A DNA stretch of 32,000 bases. Origin: an uncultured Oligoflexia bacterium (lineage in GTDB: Bacteria > Bdellovibrionota > UBA1018 > UBA6935). The stretch is from NCBI GenBank assembly GCA_964013565.1, contig CAXGWU010000008.1:30950-62949 (forward strand), written 5' to 3'. A model generated the notes under the pieces. The model was not told the origin of the DNA. It saw nothing but the letters and a program-made list of their open reading frames with translations, and did not search any database. A program made the position numbers and the translations under genes. Positions 24,822-32,000 of this stretch are shown here, in pieces; positions within the stretch are counted from its first letter, which is position 1; every line of letters begins with the position of its first letter.

Positions 24822-25472
24822 ATGGAAAAGGCAAAATACACTCATTTAAAAATCTATTGGACTGTTATTTGGACTGCGTTTTTTATTGGGAGTCCATTAG
24901 CTTTATCTGATGTAGTGATGATGGAGTCGGATACGAAAGATCCACGAGAAGATTTTTATCCTCAAAGTTACTTTGGAAAATCTCCTGCAAAACCTTTAAA
25001 GAGAAAAAGGTTTACTGCTGATCCGGATGTCATTCATATTGAAAAATCAAAGAGTGAACCGGGAAGAGGGCTTGCAAGTATGCAAGGAACGGGAAACTCT
25101 CATGCAACTCCTGCAGAGTCTCGTATGGAAAATTACATTTATGGATTTAAGAATCCATCTCAAGGCCCTGATGCAGGTTTGAGTGGAACAGATGTTCGAA
25201 AAGGAGTTCAAGAAATTTCTTTAATCGCAAATGATTCAGGGTTTTTTCCGAAAACAATTTTTGTAACAAAAGATGTCCCTGTGAGAATGTTTGTAACAGG
25301 AGCATCAACGAATCAATTATGTTTAATGATGGATTCGTTTTCGGTACGAAAGCAAGTGAAAGAAAATCAAATTGAAGAAGTTACTTTTACCCCTAAAACT
25401 TCCGGAAAATACCGATACTATTGTCCAATAAATGGTGCAGAAGGAACAATTGTCGTAAAAGAGCCAAGCTAG
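24822..25472 (+). CDS. Signal/anchor-bearing protein with a C-terminal cupredoxin-like domain
   Basis: GAAGGAG Shine-Dalgarno. N-terminal hydrophobic segment IYWTVIWTAFFIGSPLALS. The C-terminal ~95 aa (FFPKTIFVTKDVPVRMFVTG...EVTFTPKTSGKYRYYCPINGAEGTIVV) fits the Cupredoxin_1-type pattern. Confidence 0.5.
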   Translation: MEKAKYTHLKIYWTVIWTAFFIGSPLALSDVVMMESDTKDPREDFYPQSYFGKSPAKPLKRKRFTADPDVIHIEKSKSEPGRGLASMQGTGNSHATPAESRMENYIYGFKNPSQGPDAGLSGTDVRKGVQEISLIANDSGFFPKTIFVTKDVPVRMFVTGASTNQLCLMMDSFSVRKQVKENQIEEVTFTPKTSGKYRYYCPINGAEGTIVVKEPS

Positions 25473-25480
25473 GGAATACC

Positions 25481-26611
25481 ATGGGCGTTTTTGAAGACTC
25501 AGTCAGTACTTTTTTAAGACCAATTGTGAGTTATCTTGAAGATGACAGTGTCTCTGAAGTTTTAGTAAATGGACCGGATGAAATTTTTATCGAACAAAGA
25601 GGTCTTTTACAAAAGGTTGATGCGACTTTTGGTGATGAGCAAGCTCTTCAAGCTGCAGTTAGAAATATCGCGCAATTTGTAGGAAGAAGAATTGATGCGG
25701 AAAACCCGATTTTGGATGCTCGACTTCCAGATGGTTCCCGAGTTGCAGCTGTTCTTCCTCCATGTTCAAGAAAAGGTACGAGTTTATCAATTCGAAAATT
25801 TAATGGGGGAGTTCCTTCTTTTGGGGATTTAATTAAAAGAGGTTCTATTACGAAAGATGCAGCTCGATTTATCGATATCTGTGTTTATCTCTCTAAAAAT
25901 ATTATTATTTCAGGTGGTACGGGATCGGGTAAAACAACTCTCCTCAATGTTATTGGTTCTCGTATTCCAAAGACTCAAAGAACTTTGGTGATTGAGGATT
26001 CTTCTGAACTTCAAATTCAAAGTGATCATGTCGTCTTTTTTGAGAGTCAGCCTCCAGATGAGCATGGAAAAGGAGAAGTTTCTATTCGAGATTTAATTCG
26101 ATCTGCACTTCGTCTTCGTCCTGACCGAATTATTGTTGGTGAGGTTCGTGGATCTGAAGCGATTGATTTAATCACAGCGATGAATACTGGACATGGAGGA
26201 TCCATGGGAACCACTCACGCAAATACTCCTGTGGATGCGTTGGTTCGTCTTGAAACACTAGCGATGATTGGAGGGACTCAGGTTCCTGTAGCAGCAATTC
26301 GTAGACAAATTGCTTCTGCGATTCACTTAGTTGTTCAAATTAAGAGGATGAATGATGGATCTAGAAAAGTTGTTCAAATCAGTGAAGTGATGCCTGAAGT
26401 TGATGAGTTTGGAAAATACCAGGTAAAAGCTATTTTTGAGTTTGTACAAAAAGGAAGAAATGAAGCAGGTGAAGTTGTGGGGGAAATGGTCCCTACAGGG
26501 TACTTACCAAGCTTTTTTAGAGAGATTCAGCTTAATCGCATTCCTTTTCCTAAAGAGAAGTTTGAACCCCCTTCGTGGTATATCGAGCATCAAAAGAAGA
26601 CTGCAGCCTGA
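25481..26611 (+). CDS. CpaF/TadA-type (VirB11-like) type II/IV secretion-family ATPase
   Basis: Walker A GGTGSGKTTLLN, Asp/Walker B region LVIEDSSEL, RPDRIIVGEVRG, and His box GHGGSMGTTHAN. Preferred ATG is 25481 (MGVFEDS), 8 nt after the upstream stop. The track start 25421 overlaps the upstream gene. Confidence 0.85.
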   Translation: MGVFEDSVSTFLRPIVSYLEDDSVSEVLVNGPDEIFIEQRGLLQKVDATFGDEQALQAAVRNIAQFVGRRIDAENPILDARLPDGSRVAAVLPPCSRKGTSLSIRKFNGGVPSFGDLIKRGSITKDAARFIDICVYLSKNIIISGGTGSGKTTLLNVIGSRIPKTQRTLVIEDSSELQIQSDHVVFFESQPPDEHGKGEVSIRDLIRSALRLRPDRIIVGEVRGSEAIDLITAMNTGHGGSMGTTHANTPVDALVRLETLAMIGGTQVPVAAIRRQIASAIHLVVQIKRMNDGSRKVVQISEVMPEVDEFGKYQVKAIFEFVQKGRNEAGEVVGEMVPTGYLPSFFREIQLNRIPFPKEKFEPPSWYIEHQKKTAA

Positions 26612-26615
26612 TTCT

Positions 26616-27218
26616 TTATTTTTTTTGAAATGTTAAATGAAAGCAGGTTTCACCTCGTTCTCTATACTTTTTCTCAAAAAGAGTAAGAGGGAGTTCTTTA
26701 GAGGTTTGATTGAGTGCCTTTTCTTCAACAAGGTCTAAGTTCCACGTGTGAATATATCTTTGTTTTGCTAGATCAGCATAGTCATCTAGGTTTGTTGCAA
26801 GGACTAAAGTCCCTTTCGGTTCGAGACGTTCGATGAGAAATTCCATAAACGGCATATTTGGCCATCGGTTATTTTGCTGAGAAGGCTTTGGGTAAGGATT
26901 GGGATATAAAATGAAAATTCGACTCAGGCACTCTGGTGGAAGATAATGTACGGTAAATCCAATGGCATTGGCATGAATAGGGATGAGGTTGTCTGGCTTA
27001 TTTTGGTTCCACTTGTTCTTAAATTTTCTGAATCTTTCGTGAGTATGTTCGACTGAAAGAAGAGTCCGTGAAGGATTTTGTTTTGCGTAGGCGAGTGCAA
27101 AATCTCCTGTTCCCGCACCAATTTCAAGATCGACAGTTCCTTTGGGAAGCTCAAAGGTAAGTCTTTTGGGTTTTGGAATTTTTGTTTTCTGAAAAATTCT
27201 CTTTGGGTTTTGAGCCAT
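26616..27218 (-). CDS. trmB: tRNA (guanine-N7)-methyltransferase-like SAM-dependent methyltransferase
   Basis: VDLEIGAGTGDF SAM motif, a LSVE segment, and YPNPYPK corresponding to the TrmB FPDPWpK motif (divergent). 200 aa. Confidence 0.6.
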   Translation of the reverse strand: MAQNPKRIFQKTKIPKPKRLTFELPKGTVDLEIGAGTGDFALAYAKQNPSRTLLSVEHTHERFRKFKNKWNQNKPDNLIPIHANAIGFTVHYLPPECLSRIFILYPNPYPKPSQQNNRWPNMPFMEFLIERLEPKGTLVLATNLDDYADLAKQRYIHTWNLDLVEEKALNQTSKELPLTLFEKKYRERGETCFHLTFQKK

Positions 27219-27384
27219 ACTGGGGCAATTTACCCTTTTTTTTTAGAAAAGAAAGGATCTTCGTTTGACCTAGAAACTATTTTATTTTCAATAGGTTGCA
27301 TTTTGTTCTTCAAGTTGATTTTTTATGAAAACGTCAGGTTTTTAATTCCCAAAAAGTATTCGTTTTTGTTTAAAATGAGAACCA

Positions 27385-28821
27385 ATGACTGAAAAAAAAT
27401 ATGACCTCATTGTAATAGGATCAGGACCCAGTGGGCATCATGCCGCAATTCAAGCTGCAAAAGCCGGCTTTAAAGCACTTGTCATTGAAAAACAAGTTTT
27501 GGGGGGCGGTTGTATTTACTCAGGTACTATCCCATCAAAATCTTTAAGAGAGAGTGTTTATCGATGGTCTATGGGATCTAAGGGAACCATGGGAAGGGAA
27601 CAGGAGCACTACTCTGATATCACTGACCTTCCAGATTTTCCGGATATGTCTAGACTCTTAAGAAGAAAGAATAGAGTGGTTCAAGAAGGGTCAGAGATTT
27701 TTGAAGCCCAATTAAAACGAAATCATGTCGATTTTTTAATGGGTGAAGCTCAGATTCTTTCTCCTCATTCTGTCAAAGTTGTTCAATCCTCGGGTGATCA
27801 AGTCGTTCATGGAAGTCATCTTGTGATTGCAACGGGGTCTTCCCCGGTTCAGCATCCTCATCTTCCGGTCGATGGAGAGTTGGTGGTTGATAGTGATACT
27901 GTGTTTGACTTAAAGAAAGTCCCAAAACGAATGGTTGTTTTGGGGGCAGGAGTGATCGGTTCAGAATATGCCGCCATGTTCTTAATGGCAGGAACTCAAG
28001 TCACTCTGATTGATCGCCATCAAAGAGTATTAGATTTTGTGGATCGAGAAATTGTCAGTCATTTACTCGAACGTTTTGATCACTATGGTTTAGAGCTTAA
28101 GCTTGAAACTGAATGCGAAAAAGTAGAAGTGAGAAAAACAAAAAAGGGATCTGTAGTCGATGTCTTTTTAAATGATGGGACTGTGCTTGAAACAGATGTG
28201 GTTCTTGTTGCTTTAGGTAGAAAAGGAAATGTTGAAGGTTTGGGTTTAGAGAACATCGGGTTAAAACCAACTGATCGAGGTTTGATTGAGGTTGAAAAAT
28301 CTTATGAAACATCCGTTCCTGGAGTTTATGCAGTTGGAGATGTGATTGGTTTTCCTGCTCTGGCTTCAACCAGTAAAGAGCAAGGAAGGGTCGCTACTTG
28401 TCATGCTCTAGGACTTGATGATGCGTGTTCTAAATCAAAAAATTACCCCTATGGGATTTATACGATTCCTGAGATTTCAACGATTGGATTAACTGAAGAA
28501 CAGGCGATTGCAGAAGGAAAAGATTTTGTGATTGGTCGCGCTCCATACAAAGAGCTCGCAAGAGGACAGATTGTTGGAGATCAATGGGGAATGCTGAAGC
28601 TTGTCGTTGAAAAAGGATCTCTCAAAATTCTGGGTGTTCATATTATCGGAGAGAGTGCCGCAGATATTATTGGAATTGGGCAAGCAGTCATGGATCTCGG
28701 TGGAGATGTTAATTACTTCGTTGGGACTGTTTTTAACTACCCGACCTGGGCGGAAGCCTATAAAGCAGCAGCGCTGCACGCGATGAATTGTTATCTGGGG
28801 CGTCATGACTCTGAGAACTAG
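27385..28821 (+). CDS. sthA: Soluble pyridine nucleotide transhydrogenase (SthA/UdhA-type flavoprotein)
   Basis: GSGPSGHHAA (FAD), GGGCIYSGTIPSK (single Cys as in SthA, not the CxxxxC of Lpd), GAGVIGSEYA (NAD), YAVGDVIGFPALAS, and C-terminal FNYPTWAEAYKAAAL. Confidence 0.85.
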   Translation: MTEKKYDLIVIGSGPSGHHAAIQAAKAGFKALVIEKQVLGGGCIYSGTIPSKSLRESVYRWSMGSKGTMGREQEHYSDITDLPDFPDMSRLLRRKNRVVQEGSEIFEAQLKRNHVDFLMGEAQILSPHSVKVVQSSGDQVVHGSHLVIATGSSPVQHPHLPVDGELVVDSDTVFDLKKVPKRMVVLGAGVIGSEYAAMFLMAGTQVTLIDRHQRVLDFVDREIVSHLLERFDHYGLELKLETECEKVEVRKTKKGSVVDVFLNDGTVLETDVVLVALGRKGNVEGLGLENIGLKPTDRGLIEVEKSYETSVPGVYAVGDVIGFPALASTSKEQGRVATCHALGLDDACSKSKNYPYGIYTIPEISTIGLTEEQAIAEGKDFVIGRAPYKELARGQIVGDQWGMLKLVVEKGSLKILGVHIIGESAADIIGIGQAVMDLGGDVNYFVGTVFNYPTWAEAYKAAALHAMNCYLGRHDSEN

Positions 28822-28864
28822 ATTCTAATCTTTTTTTCCAAAAGACCTATGGTAGAGTGCCTGC

Positions 28865-30208
28865 ATGTCACAAATGGTAAAAGTCAAACAGGTCGTTGCA
28901 CGAGAGGTTTTAGATTCTCGAGGTTTTCCTACAGTCGAGGTTGAAATTTCTGTTCAGCATTCAGATTCTCAAGAGCTTTTTTTAGGACGAGCAATTGTCC
29001 CCTCAGGGGCCTCTACAGGAGAGTTCGAAGCACTTGAATTAAGAGATGGAGACAACTCCAGGTTTTTAGGAAAAGGTGTTCTTAAAGCCGTACAGCATGT
29101 TCAAGAAAAAATTGCCCCAGCGATTGTCGATCGTGAGTTTGCAAGACAATCGCTTTTGGATGATCTTCTGATCGAATTAGATGGAACCTCAAATAAAGGG
29201 AATTTAGGTGCGAATGCAATACTCGGGGTAAGCTTAGCGTTTGCAAGAGCTGCTTCGCAAGCTGAAGGACTTTCTACTTTTGAGTCGATTTCTCAATTAT
29301 TTGAATCTACTGGAGTCACCTTACCTGTTCCATTGATGAATATTATCAATGGAGGAGCTCATGCTGATAACTCCCTTGCCATTCAAGAGTTCATGATTGT
29401 TCCGGCAGGTTTTGATCGATTCAAGGATGCTTTACAGGCTGGAGTTGAGGTCTTTCACCAGCTACGAGTTTTATTGAAAAACGAAGGAGCTGTCACTGCT
29501 GTGGGAGACGAAGGCGGGTTTGCTCCTGATTTTGGAAATGAAGATCCTCATGAGCGAGCCATTGAGATGATTCAGAAAGCAATTACTTCTGCAGGTTATA
29601 AACCCGGAAAACAAATTTTTATTGCTTTAGATGCGGCTTCAAGTGAATTTGCCTCCCATCCTGAAAATCCAGACGATCCTATTCTTTATCGCTTTGAAGG
29701 AAAAGAACGAACAGCAGAAGAGATGATTGATGTTTATGAAAACTGGATTCGAAATTATCCAATTATTTCTATTGAAGATGGCCTTTCAGAGCATGATTGG
29801 AAGGGCTGGACTTTGATGAATGATCGATTGGGAAAGAAGTGTCAGCTCGTGGGAGATGATCTTTTTGTAACAAATATTGAGTTTTTGAAAAAAGGAATAG
29901 AATTACGTGCCGCTAATTCTATTTTGATTAAACTCAATCAAATCGGAACTCTCACAGAAACTTTAGAGACGATGAGAATGGCTGCGCAAAATGGATTCTC
30001 TGCAATTACTTCTCATCGAAGTGGTGAAACTGAAGATGTATTTATCGCTGAGCTTGCAGTGGGGACCGACTGTGGTCAGATTAAAACAGGTTCAGCCTGT
30101 CGTACTGATCGGATTGCGAAATATAATCAACTTCTTCGAATTGAGGAGCTCTTAGGGTCTCGAGCTCGATTTGCTGGTAAATCTACTTTTCGCGGTTTAG
30201 AATCGTAG
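28865..30208 (+). CDS. eno: Enolase
   Basis: VLDSRGFPTVEVE, SGASTGEFEALELRD, NIINGGAHADN, SHRSGETED and KYNQLLRIEE motifs. Confidence 0.95.
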   Translation: MSQMVKVKQVVAREVLDSRGFPTVEVEISVQHSDSQELFLGRAIVPSGASTGEFEALELRDGDNSRFLGKGVLKAVQHVQEKIAPAIVDREFARQSLLDDLLIELDGTSNKGNLGANAILGVSLAFARAASQAEGLSTFESISQLFESTGVTLPVPLMNIINGGAHADNSLAIQEFMIVPAGFDRFKDALQAGVEVFHQLRVLLKNEGAVTAVGDEGGFAPDFGNEDPHERAIEMIQKAITSAGYKPGKQIFIALDAASSEFASHPENPDDPILYRFEGKERTAEEMIDVYENWIRNYPIISIEDGLSEHDWKGWTLMNDRLGKKCQLVGDDLFVTNIEFLKKGIELRAANSILIKLNQIGTLTETLETMRMAAQNGFSAITSHRSGETEDVFIAELAVGTDCGQIKTGSACRTDRIAKYNQLLRIEELLGSRARFAGKSTFRGLES

Positions 30209-30209
30209 G

Positions 30210-30608
30210 GTGTCTTTTCAAAAATCGAAAAAGCTAAAATCTAGAAAAAAGAAACCCATTGATCAGATGTCTGATCCTGTAGAGTCTTTTAAGCGCTATC
30301 AAAAACATTGGCTGTGGGTCGCGTTTATTTGTATTTGGCTTGTTTTTGTTTCTGGCGTTTTTGGAGAGAAAGGAAGATCTCCGGGCCTTTTACAAGCCTT
30401 TCGTTTAAAAAGTTTACTTAAAAATAAAAAAAGAGAACTCGCGTCTCTTGAGGACCAAGTCAAAGAACTTTCTGTGCGTGTAGATAAACTGACTAAAGAC
30501 CCTGTGACTCAACAAAAGGTCATTCGAGAAGTTCTTGGATACGCAGCTGAAGATGAAATTGTCTTTGATTTTCATGAAAACTCTTTAAGAACTTTACACC
30601 GTCAATAA
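30210..30608 (+). CDS. ftsB: Septum formation initiator (FtsB/DivIC family)
   Basis: Conserved eno-ftsB synteny. One TM segment (WLWVAFICIWLVFVSGVF), a coiled coil (ELASLEDQVKELSVRVDKL) and a REVLGYAAEDEIVFDF ending. GTG start at 30210; ATG at residue 20 is an alternative. Confidence 0.7.
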   Translation: MSFQKSKKLKSRKKKPIDQMSDPVESFKRYQKHWLWVAFICIWLVFVSGVFGEKGRSPGLLQAFRLKSLLKNKKRELASLEDQVKELSVRVDKLTKDPVTQQKVIREVLGYAAEDEIVFDFHENSLRTLHRQ

Positions 30609-30686
30609 ATTGATTTCTTTACATTGACTGATATTTTCGACAGAATAATAAAAGAACAGATCGTTCAACTGGAGGAATGATCCGAT

Positions 30687-30890
30687 ATGGCATCAGGAAA
30701 AGTCAAATGGTTTAATGACGCAAAGGGTTTTGGTTTTATAGAAATGACCGATGGACAAGAACTCTTTGTTCACTTTTCAGCGATACAACAAGATGGACAT
30801 AAAACATTGTCTGAAGGACAAAGAGTACGTTTTGATGTTTATGACTCTCAAAAGGGCCGTCTCGCTCTCAATGTTATGCAAGATGAATAA
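30687..30890 (+). CDS. Cold-shock protein (CspA family)
   Basis: 67 aa. RNP1 is KGFGFI and RNP2 is VHFSAI. N-terminus is [15 protein letters not shown]. Confidence 0.95.
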   Translation: MASGKVKWFNDAKGFGFIEMTDGQELFVHFSAIQQDGHKTLSEGQRVRFDVYDSQKGRLALNVMQDE

Positions 30891-31575
30891 GTTTATTATT
30901 ATCATCGGATTGATTTTTTCGATTCAGTCTCATGCAACAGAACGGCATTTCAATCCTCTTTTTAGTCAGTCCCATTTACTTCCAAGTCCTTATACTTTGT
31001 CTGCAGGTCAGTTTGTTTATGGTAGTCAACTTGCTCTAGGCATTACTGACTTTTTACAAATCAGCACTGATTTTTTAAGAGATCTTTTTCAAATTTATAA
31101 CGCTCAACTTAAAGTTAATCTTGTTGATACTTCCTTGTTTGCTTGGACATTGTCTTTGGGGTTTCAAACATTTAATTATCAAGACATTGATTCGTCAAAC
31201 CCTGCTATTCAAATTACTTCATATCGACCTGGAACCGTTTTTGCTTTTGGATTGGGATCAAGAGTCGCATGGTTTTTAGGGGGATCTGCAGATCTTTCAA
31301 ATCAGAAAAAATCTACAAATGTGCAAACTTCGGGGTTTGTTCAAGGACATGTGATCGAAAGTGATTGGTCTTTTGCTTATAAAACAAAAGACGACGAACC
31401 TGAATATGGGTATGCGATCGCTGTCGGTGGGTCTTATGATTTGACTTATAAATTGATCGGGGTCGGATTAAGTCACCACTGGCCTTCTTTTAGAATCGGA
31501 GTTCATTATTACATCAATGCTGATCGATCTCGAATCTTGCCTTTGATTACCGGAGGAGGAACTCTTTTCTTTTAA
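30883..31575 (+). CDS. Outer-membrane beta-barrel-like hypothetical protein
   Basis: Preferred start is ATG 30883 ([18 protein letters not shown] signal peptide), overlapping the csp stop (ATGAATAA). Alternating strand pattern and a C-terminal GGGTLFF. Confidence 0.55.
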   Translation: MNKFIIIIGLIFSIQSHATERHFNPLFSQSHLLPSPYTLSAGQFVYGSQLALGITDFLQISTDFLRDLFQIYNAQLKVNLVDTSLFAWTLSLGFQTFNYQDIDSSNPAIQITSYRPGTVFAFGLGSRVAWFLGGSADLSNQKKSTNVQTSGFVQGHVIESDWSFAYKTKDDEPEYGYAIAVGGSYDLTYKLIGVGLSHHWPSFRIGVHYYINADRSRILPLITGGGTLFF

Positions 31576-31590
31576 AGTGAAAAGATGAAA

Positions 31591-31995
31591 TTACGCTTCG
31601 GAGTGTCGATGCTCTGCAGTTACCACTGTTTTAATATTTCCACGAACATTAAAGTCCCCTTTGATTTCCATAAACCATGGGTCCAGTAATTCTACAAACT
31701 CATCAAGGAGGACGTTAACAACGTCCTCATGGAAGATTCCTTTGTTTCTGAATTTGTTCAGATAAAGTTTGAGGCTCTTGAGTTCAACACACCATTCTTT
31801 GGGTTCATATTGAATATACAGAGTTGCAAAATCCGGGAATCCAGATTTAGGACAAATGCAAGTGAACTCAGGACAAGTGAATTCTACTCGGTAGCGCCTT
31901 ACAGGGGTTCGATTAGGGAAGCGTTCAAGTTGCGCTTCTTCAATGATTTTTAAGCCATCTGGGCGTTCATTAGATAGAGTGATATTGTCAGACAT
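31591..31995 (-). CDS. queF: NADPH-dependent 7-cyano-7-deazaguanine (preQ0) reductase, unimodular type
   Basis: EFTCICPKSGFPDFATLYIQYEP (catalytic Cys/QueF motif) and ELKSLKLYLNKFRNKGIFHED. 134 aa. Confidence 0.9.
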   Translation of the reverse strand: MSDNITLSNERPDGLKIIEEAQLERFPNRTPVRRYRVEFTCPEFTCICPKSGFPDFATLYIQYEPKEWCVELKSLKLYLNKFRNKGIFHEDVVNVLLDEFVELLDPWFMEIKGDFNVRGNIKTVVTAEHRHSEA

Positions 31996-32000
31996 GTGTT

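Noticed and set aside
25421-25480. Track start of the CpaF-like ORF overlapping the upstream cupredoxin-like gene by 52 nt
   Set aside because: The extra residues (MSNKWCRRNNCRKRAKLGNT) are not family-like. ATG 25481 follows an AGGGA and gives a typical N-terminus.
30624-30651. Possible sigma-70 promoter for csp (TTGACT at 30624-30629 with TAATAA about 16 nt downstream)
   Set aside because: The -10 match is poor (3 of 6) and alternative registers are equally weak. It was not reported as a feature.
30751-30882. N-terminal extension of the OMP ORF (track start 30751) overlapping most of the csp gene
   Set aside because: The extension lies in an alternative frame of a highly conserved csp gene. 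A canonical signal peptide begins at the internal ATG 30883.
1-32000. Looked for tRNA/rRNA genes, CRISPR repeat-spacer arrays, IS/transposase or integrase genes, and long terminal or inverted repeats
   Set aside because: I saw none by eye. The only exact repeat over 20 bp that I found is the 29-bp duplication inside the Lys-rich gene. A computational repeat and tRNA scan would be needed to be sure.

Overview
This is 32 kb of a compact, low-GC, Gram-negative-type chromosome. It has lipoboxes, beta-barrel OMPs ending in Phe, and many 1-16 nt gene overlaps. The taxon cannot be proven from sequence alone; the gene style loosely recalls Bdellovibrio-like/Oligoflexia organisms, which is a guess. 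Housekeeping backbone: yceD-rpmF-fabH-fabD-fabG-acpP-fabF on the minus strand (no plsX), an HtrA-family protease, a thiolase-scoA-scoB operon, ggt, trmB, sthA, eno-ftsB, a cold-shock gene and queF. Lineage-specific secreted, lipoprotein and outer-membrane genes are interspersed. Most notable: (1) three exact sigma-54 -24/-12 promoter cores (TGGCAC-N5-TTGC), all intergenic, all on the minus strand, each aimed at an uncharacterised gene: a VWA lipoprotein, a Gly/Cys-rich lipoprotein and a 102-aa helical protein. (2) A visibly AT-richer islet (11.3-14.5 kb) with two translationally coupled, weakly paralogous secreted proteins and a short, degenerate kinase/APH-like protein. (3) A histone-H1-like Lys/Ala-repeat protein with a C-x4-C-x9-C-x2-H motif and an acidic tail. 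(4) A PIN-PhoH (PhoH2) ATPase flanked by two of the sigma-54 units. (5) An orphan CpaF/TadA-type secretion ATPase coupled to a cupredoxin-like membrane protein. (6) An untracked 41-aa ORF with a RelE/ParE-like C-terminal signature. I saw no rRNA, tRNA, CRISPR array, transposase or integrase. All homology calls rest on motif recognition by eye, not on database searches.
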